Virus record (IMG/VR): IMGVR_UViG_3300035145_003630
Strand: one strand, 5' to 3'
Length of the DNA: 58,867 nt
DNA from: an uncultured virus (IMG/VR IMGVR_UViG_3300035145_003630)
Taxonomy: Duplodnaviria; Heunggongvirae; Uroviricota; Caudoviricetes
The notes under the pieces are model-generated. The model had not been told where the DNA came from, did not search any database, and worked only from the letters and a program-made list of their open reading frames with translations. Within the stretch, counting starts at the first letter, position 1; each line of letters starts with the position of its first letter. A program made the position numbers and the translations under genes. Shown one piece after another: positions 1-9,107 of this stretch.

Positions 1-60
1 TCTCTCAGTGAGTTCCTCATCTATATACTTCTTCAATACATTTCTTATAATATCTTTCAT
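1..60 (-). CDS. 5' end of a hypothetical protein running off the window (MKDIIRNVLKKYIDEELTER...)
   Basis: ATG at 60, frame open to the window edge. TATTTAT lies 5 nt upstream. The N-terminus resembles the other 'IIxxVLKE'-type putative head proteins in this window. Confidence 0.6.
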   Translation of the reverse strand, partial: MKDIIRNVLKKYIDEELTER

Positions 61-76
61 ATAAAATAAATATATT

Positions 77-217
77 ATGGCAGAGAAAGAATGTTCACAG
101 TGTAAAGAGAATCTAAACAGTATACAGACAGGTATGCTAATTCTATCTATCTACGTTTTAGTAGCATCAATCTATGGAACAATAAAACTTTTTGAGTTAG
201 TTACCAGTTACTTCTAA
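77..217 (+). CDS. small membrane protein with N-terminal CxxC (46 aa, [46 protein letters not shown])
   Basis: Translated by hand, below the ORF-track cutoff. ATG77 to TAA217. CSQC followed by one hydrophobic helix. Confidence 0.55.
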   Translation: MAEKECSQCKENLNSIQTGMLILSIYVLVASIYGTIKLFELVTSYF

Positions 218-1147
218 AACCTCATCACGAGTTACACTCAACTTAATGAACAGGTCACCAGTGGAACCCTGAATACTATATCCCTTTCCTCGAACTCTTA
301 ACGGTTTTTCCGTATCAAGAACTTCAGGTAAAGGGATATTGATTTTTGAATCAGGGTGTGGTACCTGAATTGAATCCATACTCATAAAGTCTTTCACATT
401 TACTTTATGAGAATAGACCAGGTCATTGTTGATTTTTTCAAACCCCTCACCCTTAACCATATTAACTTTTAAGATTAAATCTCCGATACCTCTATTAGGA
501 TAATAATCACCCTTACCCTGCAGTCTTAAGAAATCACCACTGTCAACATTCTTTGGAATATTCACCCTAACATTGGTGAACGAGTTTTTTATCCTCTGTC
601 CTCCACAACTATGACAAGGATTAATTATATTATATCCTTCACCCCTACATTGAGGACAGTCAGATTCAACCACCTGAGCAAACATACCAGAACCAAATCT
701 TTGTCTGACTCTACCGTGGCCCTGACACGTGTTACACACCTCACGGTCCCCACCAGTACCGTTACACCCATCACAACTCGTTCTGACCTGATAACTCAAT
801 TCACGGTCGACACCATTATAAGATTCTATTGGATTAATATCTACATTAAGAATTTTATCAGGTGCTTGTGGTTTACGTCTCTGTTGTTGTTGTGCTTGTT
901 GATTGAACATATTGAAGAAGTCCTCCATAGAACCTCCTCCTCCACCAAATGGATTCGGGTTATCATACTGTTGTCTTTTCGCCTCATCACTCAAAACACC
1001 GTATGCCTCACCTACCTCTTTGAACTTATCACCACCGTCAGGGTTTACATCTGGGTGATATTGTTTACTTAATTTCCTATATGCTTTCTTGATTTCGTCG
1101 GCTGACGCATCACGTGAGACACCTAAAATCTTATAATAATCTTTCAT
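197..1147 (-). CDS. dnaJ: DnaJ (Hsp40) co-chaperone, type I
   Basis: J-domain (DYYKILGV...YHPD), short G/F linker, four CxxCxGx(G/R) repeats and a C-terminal domain. Start placed at ATG 1147 (MKDYY). Confidence 0.95.
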   Translation of the reverse strand: MKDYYKILGVSRDASADEIKKAYRKLSKQYHPDVNPDGGDKFKEVGEAYGVLSDEAKRQQYDNPNPFGGGGGSMEDFFNMFNQQAQQQQRRKPQAPDKILNVDINPIESYNGVDRELSYQVRTSCDGCNGTGGDREVCNTCQGHGRVRQRFGSGMFAQVVESDCPQCRGEGYNIINPCHSCGGQRIKNSFTNVRVNIPKNVDSGDFLRLQGKGDYYPNRGIGDLILKVNMVKGEGFEKINNDLVYSHKVNVKDFMSMDSIQVPHPDSKINIPLPEVLDTEKPLRVRGKGYSIQGSTGDLFIKLSVTRDEVLEVTGN

Positions 1148-1790
1148 GGACAACTATATAATTGTATTGTTTAAGAATAAGAAAAAGAGACGAATAATCA
1201 AAGGTTACGCAACAGAAAGTAACGCTCGTCAAAAATTCAAAGCATTACTCAAAGAAAATGAGGTTCTTTTTCCTGTGGAATATGAGAACGCCGAGTATTG
1301 TGTTCATGAGTTGGGTCTCCTCACCACACAACGTGATTTTCAACTACCTCTGTTCTATACCGATGAATTTGGTAGAAATGAAAAAGTGTTTCTTGAAGGG
1401 GATAGTCATTATACCTTTATAGATATTGAACCGTACCAGTTAGAGGAAAAGATATACGACTGGCAAACAGACTCAAAGATTGATATGCAAAAACTCATAT
1501 ACGATTACTGTCCAATCAAAGAGATGAAAAGTATCTCCACCCTAAATAATAAGATTGTCATACAGATAGAAGAAGACTTCAAACTATTCTCATTAAAGAA
1601 CATTGATGATGCTCAACGAGCACTTAAGACTATGGAAAACTACTTCATAAAAAAGGGTCGTAAAGATGCCATTTTTGTTCGTGACATATCTACGACCCAA
1701 CGTAAGTGGTTATACGATGTACTTGAAAGAAACGGTTTTGATAGAAAGAAACTTTATCGTCAACACACTACTTACTCAAAACGAGAGTAA
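1146..1790 (+). CDS. hypothetical protein
   Basis: 214-aa ORF with normal composition filling the gap between minus-strand genes. Confidence 0.75.
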   Translation: MDNYIIVLFKNKKKRRIIKGYATESNARQKFKALLKENEVLFPVEYENAEYCVHELGLLTTQRDFQLPLFYTDEFGRNEKVFLEGDSHYTFIDIEPYQLEEKIYDWQTDSKIDMQKLIYDYCPIKEMKSISTLNNKIVIQIEEDFKLFSLKNIDDAQRALKTMENYFIKKGRKDAIFVRDISTTQRKWLYDVLERNGFDRKKLYRQHTTYSKRE

Positions 1791-1995
1791 ACTCAATACC
1801 TGAAATATCTATAATAACTTGATTAGATTTTAAATCACGAGGACTTAGTAATCCCACCACATTTTTATATTCAACAGGTTCCAATTCTACTATCACAGAA
1901 ACTTTACCTTTATGGAATATTGAATTGTCCAAGATTTCAGAAACCTCAGCCAATTTTCTTAGTTCATCCCTAAAGTTTGTTTCAGTCTCTGCCAT
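1768..1995 (-). CDS. hypothetical protein
   Basis: 75-aa ORF, last of a tightly overlapping minus-strand run. Confidence 0.65.
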   Translation of the reverse strand: MAETETNFRDELRKLAEVSEILDNSIFHKGKVSVIVELEPVEYKNVVGLLSPRDLKSNQVIIDISGIEFTLVLSK

Positions 1996-2156
1996 AGCGT
2001 GTACTTTTTCTCCACCACTGGAGTATTTTTGATTTGGTCAGGCTCAACCTTCTTAATTTCTTTGATGAAGTCTATCTTAGACTTCTTCTCCTCTTGACTG
2101 TCCTTCAACTTCTCGCTCTTGAACCACGTCATCAGATTCTCCGTCTGTTTGTCCAT
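1959..2156 (-). CDS. hypothetical protein
   Basis: 65-aa Lys/Glu-rich ORF overlapping both neighbours. Confidence 0.55.
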   Translation of the reverse strand: MDKQTENLMTWFKSEKLKDSQEEKKSKIDFIKEIKKVEPDQIKNTPVVEKKYTLWQRLKQTLGMN

Positions 2157-2562
2157 CTTCTTCTAATTTTTCTTCTAAATCCAAGGAAGTGTTCTCATCA
2201 ATCTCAAAATACAATCTCTTAAGGGCACTTACATCCTTAGACTCAAACATACTCTTCAACTCCTGAATCTTATCTTTGAATAACTTTTCTTTTTCTTCTC
2301 TTTCCAAGTTATAGTCAAAGATTCCTTTCACCGATGTTTCCAAACCATCAACAAGAGACGATTCATTCTTAACCACAAACGCATATAATTTATGGTCCGG
2401 TCTTTCTGATGAATCTTGTGGTAATACTTCAATATCTTTGACTAATCTCTTTGGGATAGACCACGAAGATTTAATATAGATATCAAAAGACACATAGTCT
2501 TTCAATACCCTCATAGATTTTAAGTACCCTTTTGTTTGTTCTGTGAATGTTGAAAAAATCAT
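2077..2562 (-). CDS. hypothetical protein
   Basis: 161-aa ORF with an ATGA overlap with the upstream gene. Confidence 0.75.
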   Translation of the reverse strand: MIFSTFTEQTKGYLKSMRVLKDYVSFDIYIKSSWSIPKRLVKDIEVLPQDSSERPDHKLYAFVVKNESSLVDGLETSVKGIFDYNLEREEKEKLFKDKIQELKSMFESKDVSALKRLYFEIDENTSLDLEEKLEEDGQTDGESDDVVQEREVEGQSRGEEV

Positions 2563-2756
2563 AGTAACGTAATGATGTATGTAATAATATACGTTAAGAA
2601 TAACCCACTAATGATTATCTCACGCATTGTTAAGTTTAGAGGTTTTGGAGGGTCAGAAAGTAATGAACTAACAAAGTTCACTCCCAATCTGACCATCGCC
2701 AAAGCCGAGAACACAAAAATAAATAATGTTATATTTGATACTATCTCGTTATACAT
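2559..2756 (-). CDS. small two-TM membrane protein
   Basis: Two hydrophobic segments flank SDPPKP. TAATG coupling with the upstream Hc1-like gene. Confidence 0.7.
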   Translation of the reverse strand: MYNEIVSNITLFIFVFSALAMVRLGVNFVSSLLSDPPKPLNLTMREIIISGLFLTYIITYIITLL

Positions 2757-2929
2757 TATAGTGTTTTTTTGTGCTCAAGGACTTCACCTCTCAAATCTTG
2801 AAGTAATGCCTTCAATTCCTGTGCAGTTTTTCTTGCTCTTGTTCCTGCTGACTTATTTCCTGCGTAGAACTTTGTAGTATCTACTGATAAAGTCTCAACC
2901 AATGATTTGATGTTTTCTAATGTTTCCAT
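2756..2929 (-). CDS. histone H1-like (Hc1 family) nucleoid protein, 57 aa
   Basis: Translated by hand: METLENIKSLVETLSVDTTKFYAGNKSAGTRARKTAQELKALLQDLRGEVLEHKKTL. GNKSAGTRARK is the Hc1-like signature. Missing from the ORF track. Confidence 0.85.
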   Translation of the reverse strand: METLENIKSLVETLSVDTTKFYAGNKSAGTRARKTAQELKALLQDLRGEVLEHKKTL

Positions 2930-3005
2930 TTCAATTTCGTTTTAATAAAATTTATTACACAAAAAGTAATTTTTCTGTGTTTATTGTAAAGCCATAAAGG
3001 AAAAA

Positions 3006-3488
3006 TTAATTAACGAGTGACCTTTCCAACACCTTATACATATCTGTATACATCTCCAAATCTGACTTTGTAAAAGTTCTGTTCATATCAAACAACTGAG
3101 TCAAGAAGGGTGCGATAGATTCTCTAACTTCCACATCAGGTTGGTCATAATACACTTCAAATAAGAAACTTTCAAAGTAATCGTAATCATCGTTTTTGAA
3201 TGAGAATTTTATATTCTCTTTCTCAAAGTTAGATATGACTGTATTCCAACACCATTGGAAATGACCTTTTTTATCCTCGTCATTCAACGATATTTTAGTT
3301 TCCCTACTCTCACCATGGCTGTCACCGAGATAAGTGTCCTGAATTAAGTATATCAATGAAAAACAATAGTCTTCAAATAGTTCCGAATATTCTCTCTGAA
3401 TATTATGTGCACGAAACCATAAATCAACATCTGATTTATTCATAGGTTTTGAAATCCAATTAAAAAAAAAGTCCATCCCTTCTTTCAT
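3006..3488 (-). CDS. hypothetical protein
   Basis: 160-aa aromatic/acidic ORF. Confidence 0.75.
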   Translation of the reverse strand: MKEGMDFFFNWISKPMNKSDVDLWFRAHNIQREYSELFEDYCFSLIYLIQDTYLGDSHGESRETKISLNDEDKKGHFQWCWNTVISNFEKENIKFSFKNDDYDYFESFLFEVYYDQPDVEVRESIAPFLTQLFDMNRTFTKSDLEMYTDMYKVLERSLVN

Positions 3489-3531
3489 ACTTGAAAGATA
3501 AGATGGACCTTTATAAAAGAAATATTAAAGC

Positions 3532-4497
3532 TTATTGTGTTTTGTAGTTGTGACCCAATAACGATTTCATTCTATCAATGTCTTCGTTAATTTTTTCACC
3601 CTTTTTCTCATCAATTGATGCAGTTTGTAAACCTGCAAAACTATCATTATGTGTCTTATTACCCGCAAAGTCATAAACAGGTTGAGGTGCTTTGTTATAA
3701 GCCATATGTTTCAACTTGTTCAACTCTTGTTTCTTTCTCTTTATGTTAATCTTTTTGTTAACATCAGTTGGAACTGCATTTGCATATTCCTGACTGTTAC
3801 CTGTCTTTGAGCTACCCATGATATTCATCTCTAACCAATCCTCATCAGGTTTGATTTGGTCATAACCTATATCTTCTTGACCTGCAGTTCTTGAAATGAA
3901 CTCAATAAATTCTTCAACCTGTTTTGATGGAGTATATGCCATCTTTTCAGTTTCACCTAATTCACCGTTACCTTGTGGGAAGTGTTTAGCATCAGGAGTA
4001 TATGCCTCTTCAGAACCAGCCTCTACGTATTTTTTCATCTTCTTGTTAACTGCTTCCATAGCTTCGTCATTAACCTTTTTAGAATCTTTCAAGATTTTTT
4101 CAGTATCTTTAAGACCTTTAGCTTCTTTTTGTTCAATAACCAATCTTTGGATTAATTCAATCATTTCTGATTCAGATAAAGTAACAACGTTCTTTGTAGA
4201 CTCTTTCATAGACTTACATCCACATGCTTCCTTATCACTGTCGTCAGCATCGGTAACTTCATATTCTTTACCGTCTACCTCAAATGACTGGTCACCAGCA
4301 CAGATAGCCTTACATCTTGCTTCAGAGAACGCATTTCCTTCTGCAATATCTTCCTCATCAACTTCTACTTCGTCAATTTCTTTCGGCATTTCATCCATGT
4401 CTTCTGAAATGGTTTCAACAGCATCGTCAATTTTTTTTGACAGCTCCTCATTAAGGACTCTGTCAACAATGTTATTTATAGTTTCTTCAATATTCAT
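3532..4497 (-). CDS. acidic putative virion (head-associated) protein
   Basis: Preceded by TATTTAT. Contains the internal motif VVTLSESEMIELIQRLVIEQ and C-terminal INEDIDRMKSLL. Confidence 0.6.
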   Translation of the reverse strand: MNIEETINNIVDRVLNEELSKKIDDAVETISEDMDEMPKEIDEVEVDEEDIAEGNAFSEARCKAICAGDQSFEVDGKEYEVTDADDSDKEACGCKSMKESTKNVVTLSESEMIELIQRLVIEQKEAKGLKDTEKILKDSKKVNDEAMEAVNKKMKKYVEAGSEEAYTPDAKHFPQGNGELGETEKMAYTPSKQVEEFIEFISRTAGQEDIGYDQIKPDEDWLEMNIMGSSKTGNSQEYANAVPTDVNKKINIKRKKQELNKLKHMAYNKAPQPVYDFAGNKTHNDSFAGLQTASIDEKKGEKINEDIDRMKSLLGHNYKTQ

Positions 4498-4527
4498 AAT
4501 ATTTCTTTTTATAATAAATATACGTGA

Positions 4528-6696
4528 TTATCTAAATCTCGCATATGGATTTATTCTCATACCACCAAGGTGTAGACCCAAACTTTTCATTACTCTGTTA
4601 ACATGTTCAAGACCACCTAAAATAGCGTATTCGATAGGGTCACCTCTGTAAGAGTCTTCCTCTTCCGTTGGTAAGTATCGAGATATCATATCATAGAACT
4701 CAACTGAAACCTCTTTACCTTTGTATTTCAAGTCAGACAATTCCACCCATATTTCAGCATACTTACTGTCAGTAAAGTCATATTCACTGGCCACACCAAA
4801 AAATCCACCAATCTTACCTTTAGGACCAACATCAAGAATCTTTACCTTACCTGACAATCCATTGGAATTAAATTCGAACTCCTTATCTTTCAATTCTTTT
4901 ATTAAGAACTTAGCCTTCTCATCGGGAATCATATCAATCCACTCAGTCTTATCACCTAACTCATCTTTGTCCAAGAACTTAATTGTCGCGAACTCTTCAT
5001 CATGGTCTTCTTCTTGTTCCTGAATATAACCCAATTCCTTTGCGATGATGTTTCTAATTACATACTCATCAAGATTTGTTCTTTTAGCTGTATTAGTAAC
5101 CATCTCTTTTACGATATCTCTTTCGAATATTTGTAATGCGTTGATGTCACCCTGATTACAGTAAGGGAATTTAGAACACTTCTTCTTAATCTTTACAAGC
5201 TTAGCTCCAGGTCCTCCATACTTTGGAAAATTCTTATCTGTATATGGACGAGTCTTCTTTTCTACAGTATCAGGGTTATCTAACTTCAAAGGGTCTTTCT
5301 TAGGTCCTCCAAATGGTGCGTCATATACACCAGCCGATGCTGATGTTGTTGCCTCTGTAGCTTCACCACCCATTTCCATACCTTCTAACTTAGTATAGTA
5401 TTCAGGGTCTTCATATAAGTGGTCCAACGCAATTTCAATAGCCACTCTCGGTTCTGAAGTATGTTCCATTTCATGTTGAACACCCTTTGAGAATTCATCA
5501 TACATAGTATCCATATCCAAGCCGTGCATATCTGCAATGTCTTCAATATCCATACCGTCTGCTTTACCACCTTTAATTTCGTCTTCATTGATAGGTTGAC
5601 TGAACTTACGATGGTTAGCCTTTGCAATATCATATTTCTTTTGGTCAATCTCATCGTATACAATTTGTTCGAAGTATTTTTCAAATATTGGGTCAAACAA
5701 CATTTCCATATTCTCAGGCTTTCTATCATACCCTTTCATATACAATGCTTTCTTCTCGTCCAATCTACTAATTTTCAAATCATTTTGGTTTTTCTTAAAG
5801 TACCAATAAGGAATCCTAATAAACTTAAAACCTTCTTTACCTGGTACATCTCCCAAAACTTCAATCTGTGATAAAGGTAACATTGATTTACGAAGTGACA
5901 TTGAGTATGGTGTGTGATTACTCATAAAGAAAGAATCCCTATCTGGTCTTTCAATAATGTTATACACCTCTAATTGTTTTGGTGTCTCTTCACCGACCAT
6001 ATATGCCCCAACATACGTCTTTGTTTCAGGTTCATACTCACCTTTGAAGAAATCAAACTGGTTATCATTTGTATCCACTTCTTCAGGTGTTGTTTCATCC
6101 TCTTGTTCATCAACCCTAACACCATGTACATACTTTACACCAGTCGCTCTACCTTTTTGTAGTTTTCTTTCGAGGTCATCAAGAATTCTTCTAATACTTT
6201 TTGCCGGTGTTTCACCACCAGCGGCTTTCATTAACTTCTTAACTAATTCAAGTTTTTCATAGTCTCTAAGTTCCGCTTCATTAACAGGACCTCCTTCAGG
6301 TTTCGTAGTCAAATTACCTTCAGTACCAGGTTGGAACATGGTATTCTTCTTTGGCTCAACGAACAACGGAGCAGAATAACCACCAGCAGAACCGGCACCT
6401 GTCGCTTCTGTAGTCTCACCACCTTCTTCGTCTTGAACAATCTTCATAAGGATTTGATTCAATACATCAACAGTTAACCCTTCAGTTTCACCTTTTGGGT
6501 TTTCATCAGACTTAAGAAATGGTGAATAACCTTTTTCTTCTTCCACTTCTTCTTCTGCCATGTTTTTCATCTTATTCAATGAAACAAAATTGTCAGTAAT
6601 AGCATCATTACCGCCGAGTGATGATAAATTTTTTGAGAATGCTTTTTGCAAACTCGTTTGAATCATGTCCTTAAGTTGTTCTTCGTTAAGTTTCAT
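4528..6696 (-). CDS. large acidic putative virion protein with DUF5661-like domain
   Basis: GVQHEMEHT..RVAIEIALDHLYEDPEYYTKL resembles DUF5661 (recalled). Start placed at ATG 6696 (MKLNEEQL), just after the upstream stop. Confidence 0.65.
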   Translation of the reverse strand: MKLNEEQLKDMIQTSLQKAFSKNLSSLGGNDAITDNFVSLNKMKNMAEEEVEEEKGYSPFLKSDENPKGETEGLTVDVLNQILMKIVQDEEGGETTEATGAGSAGGYSAPLFVEPKKNTMFQPGTEGNLTTKPEGGPVNEAELRDYEKLELVKKLMKAAGGETPAKSIRRILDDLERKLQKGRATGVKYVHGVRVDEQEDETTPEEVDTNDNQFDFFKGEYEPETKTYVGAYMVGEETPKQLEVYNIIERPDRDSFFMSNHTPYSMSLRKSMLPLSQIEVLGDVPGKEGFKFIRIPYWYFKKNQNDLKISRLDEKKALYMKGYDRKPENMEMLFDPIFEKYFEQIVYDEIDQKKYDIAKANHRKFSQPINEDEIKGGKADGMDIEDIADMHGLDMDTMYDEFSKGVQHEMEHTSEPRVAIEIALDHLYEDPEYYTKLEGMEMGGEATEATTSASAGVYDAPFGGPKKDPLKLDNPDTVEKKTRPYTDKNFPKYGGPGAKLVKIKKKCSKFPYCNQGDINALQIFERDIVKEMVTNTAKRTNLDEYVIRNIIAKELGYIQEQEEDHDEEFATIKFLDKDELGDKTEWIDMIPDEKAKFLIKELKDKEFEFNSNGLSGKVKILDVGPKGKIGGFFGVASEYDFTDSKYAEIWVELSDLKYKGKEVSVEFYDMISRYLPTEEEDSYRGDPIEYAILGGLEHVNRVMKSLGLHLGGMRINPYARFR

Positions 6697-6697
6697 A

Positions 6698-7087
6698 TTA
6701 TTCGTCTTTACCAATCATTCGTTGAAGCATCTCGATGTCTCTTTTCAATTCTTCATCTCTTTCAATAGAGTCACCTCTTGTTTCAACGTCCGCGTCTTTT
6801 TTATTTAGTCGAGAATAATCAGTACCTGTACCGTATGCTTTATTATGTGAACCACCACTGGTTAATCCCTTCTCCAAACGAATAAGTCTCTTGTGCATCT
6901 CTTTCAAAGACTTTTCAACATCGTTAAAACTTTCAATATTACCTAAGATAATTACATCTGACAGGTATTCAGGTAAGTCGTAGTCCACAACATCACTTGT
7001 ATCTCCATACAAACCTTGTTCTTTAATAACATTCACAATGATGTTTTTTAATTGAGATTCACTAATAATATATTTTTTACCTTCCAT
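6698..7087 (-). CDS. hypothetical putative virion protein
   Basis: N-terminal KYIISESQLKNIIVNVIKEQ motif. TAATG coupling. Confidence 0.7.
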   Translation of the reverse strand: MEGKKYIISESQLKNIIVNVIKEQGLYGDTSDVVDYDLPEYLSDVIILGNIESFNDVEKSLKEMHKRLIRLEKGLTSGGSHNKAYGTGTDYSRLNKKDADVETRGDSIERDEELKRDIEMLQRMIGKDE

Positions 7088-7335
7088 TACTTAACTGATT
7101 TTAGTGTCGGTTCCCAGAAACTTCTACGAGTCCACATAATTTTATAGAATTCACGCATTATCTTAACAACAATATCATTAACATCACCTTGAAGTTTACC
7201 CCTTTGGATTTCCTTCTGAATGGTTTGAATCATTTTGTCCTCAAACTGCTTTAATGTGTTAGAATCTAAGAAACTCTTAATTTCTTTTCTAACCATCACT
7301 TCAATCTCCTTCTTATCTGAATTTGATAATGCCAT
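7087..7335 (-). CDS. hypothetical protein
   Basis: Start placed at ATG 7335 (MALSNSDKKE), TAATG-coupled to the upstream gene. Confidence 0.7.
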   Translation of the reverse strand: MALSNSDKKEIEVMVRKEIKSFLDSNTLKQFEDKMIQTIQKEIQRGKLQGDVNDIVVKIMREFYKIMWTRRSFWEPTLKSVK

Positions 7336-7913
7336 TATTTTCCTATTTTCCAATACATTCTTCCTGATACCACTGGTTGTAAATCTTGGTTTACACCTAT
7401 ACCCACTCCGAACATATTTCTTTGTTTATTCTTATACATAAATTCACCACCCAAATAGTTGAGTTGTGATTGGTCTCCACTTAGTCCCATACCCCAATAG
7501 AATTCTCTCTTTTTAAGGTATATCTCTTTTGTTATTGTTGTCGTTGGAATAGAAATGTCAGAAACAAAACTTCTACTCATAACACTATTCTGGGAGATAG
7601 TATCATTCAAAACTAAAAATCCTAACGTATCTAAAGTTAGGGTGTCTGTGTAATAATACTTAGCGTAATAGTCTCTTAAGATAGACATCGTATCAATGTC
7701 TGAGGGTACCTCAACACGTTCAGTCACCACTCTCGTTCTCCATTTAGGAACATATTCTGTTTGAACAACATTAACCGTATCCCACTTCGTTTCAATGGTT
7801 ACGATAACTTCAGGTTCAACATCAGGTTTCCTGCTACACTGGCTTTGGAATAATACCAATACAACCAATATAAGGATTAATAAATTCTGTATTGAACTGA
7901 TGTACTTTTTCAT
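7335..7913 (-). CDS. membrane-anchored protein, possible spanin/lysis accessory protein
   Basis: N-terminal hydrophobic helix followed by Cys (FQSQC), repeated DT(V/M/L/I) and a C-terminal amphipathic beta-rich segment. Lies near the amidase gene. Confidence 0.5.
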   Translation of the reverse strand: MKKYISSIQNLLILILVVLVLFQSQCSRKPDVEPEVIVTIETKWDTVNVVQTEYVPKWRTRVVTERVEVPSDIDTMSILRDYYAKYYYTDTLTLDTLGFLVLNDTISQNSVMSRSFVSDISIPTTTITKEIYLKKREFYWGMGLSGDQSQLNYLGGEFMYKNKQRNMFGVGIGVNQDLQPVVSGRMYWKIGK

Positions 7914-8515
7914 TACTCTTCAGAATCTATGTTTCTCGTTTTCTTTCTTGATGCTAATACCTTAGCCCATTTTGATTTGAACTGCTCGTAATATTGTGTC
8001 AACTTATTGATTAATTCTACCAAAGAATCATCCAACTTAATCATATCACCATTAATGTATACACCGTTGTTTTCACCGATTGAGTAAAAGAATTCTAAGT
8101 CAAAGTCAATAACTTTACCGCTCCACTCTACATTGTTTGGATACATATGTAAGGTTCCGAAGTCTGATAAGTCAGACACTTGTTCAACGAAGTCATCCAT
8201 GGTTTCTTGGAAAGCGATTTTTTCTTCAGAAGACAACTCCAATTCTTGTTTGTCTTTACCGTGTAAAGTAATGATACCACCAGACACTCTATAAGATTGA
8301 CTCTTATCCTCATCAGGTGTAGTTTCAATATCAATCTCTTCTTCACTATCTACGTCAATATCTACCGGCTCGTCTGATAAGTCAGTTACCACATCCTCTT
8401 GCTCATTAATAAGACCCATTTTCTTTAATGTGTCTCTTGATTCGTTCAAATTACCTTTACCTAACATCTTTCTTGATGCCTCTAATAAAGATTTCATTTC
8501 ATCATACTGATTCAT
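7913..8515 (-). CDS. hypothetical acidic protein
   Basis: 200-aa ORF in a coupled operon. Confidence 0.75.
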   Translation of the reverse strand: MNQYDEMKSLLEASRKMLGKGNLNESRDTLKKMGLINEQEDVVTDLSDEPVDIDVDSEEEIDIETTPDEDKSQSYRVSGGIITLHGKDKQELELSSEEKIAFQETMDDFVEQVSDLSDFGTLHMYPNNVEWSGKVIDFDLEFFYSIGENNGVYINGDMIKLDDSLVELINKLTQYYEQFKSKWAKVLASRKKTRNIDSEE

Positions 8516-9107
8516 TCTCTAATACTTTTAATAATTCTTCATAGTCAAAAGCTGGACTCAAATCGGTTGCATTGGAAGAATAATTACTTCTTGTTACTAT
8601 ACCTTCGTAGAACTCAACATTGTCCACCTTTACATTATGACCTATACAGGTCTTAGGAATTTCAAACCTCTCACACAAATCAACACACAATTGTTGTAGT
8701 GAGTCCATCTGAGAGTCAGTATAAGGGTCCCAAAAAAAGTGTCCCCTCCACTTGCGTTCGTATACTCCTTCACTATAAATATTACCAATCCAGTTAATGT
8801 AAGAAGCGTTTAATGGGTTTTTCTTTAACCAACCCAAATTCTCCAAAGTAATGACGATAGTTTGTTTTTGATTTTTGTAATCTTTCAGGTAATCTGAATA
8901 CATCTCAGGGTCCAACAATTGAAAGACCCTACCATCTTTTCTAATAAGATAGTGAGGGACTTTCATGTACTTGCCGTTGTGTCGTGTTTTTAATGAAGTA
9001 ACATACTCCGCACCGTCACGTGAGGTGTGAGTCAATATGATTTGTTTTTTGTTTTTCCAGCGTCCAACATTATTGAATCCTGTCAATTCGTGTACTTCTG
9101 TTTGCAT
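8502..9107 (-). CDS. N-acetylmuramoyl-L-alanine amidase (Amidase_2-like), putative endolysin
   Basis: IILTHT, HYLIRKDGRVFQL, ITLE, PYTDSQMDSL and IGHN match the T7-lysozyme/AmpD fold. The C-terminal Zn-ligand region is divergent. Confidence 0.75.
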   Translation of the reverse strand: MQTEVHELTGFNNVGRWKNKKQIILTHTSRDGAEYVTSLKTRHNGKYMKVPHYLIRKDGRVFQLLDPEMYSDYLKDYKNQKQTIVITLENLGWLKKNPLNASYINWIGNIYSEGVYERKWRGHFFWDPYTDSQMDSLQQLCVDLCERFEIPKTCIGHNVKVDNVEFYEGIVTRSNYSSNATDLSPAFDYEELLKVLENESV

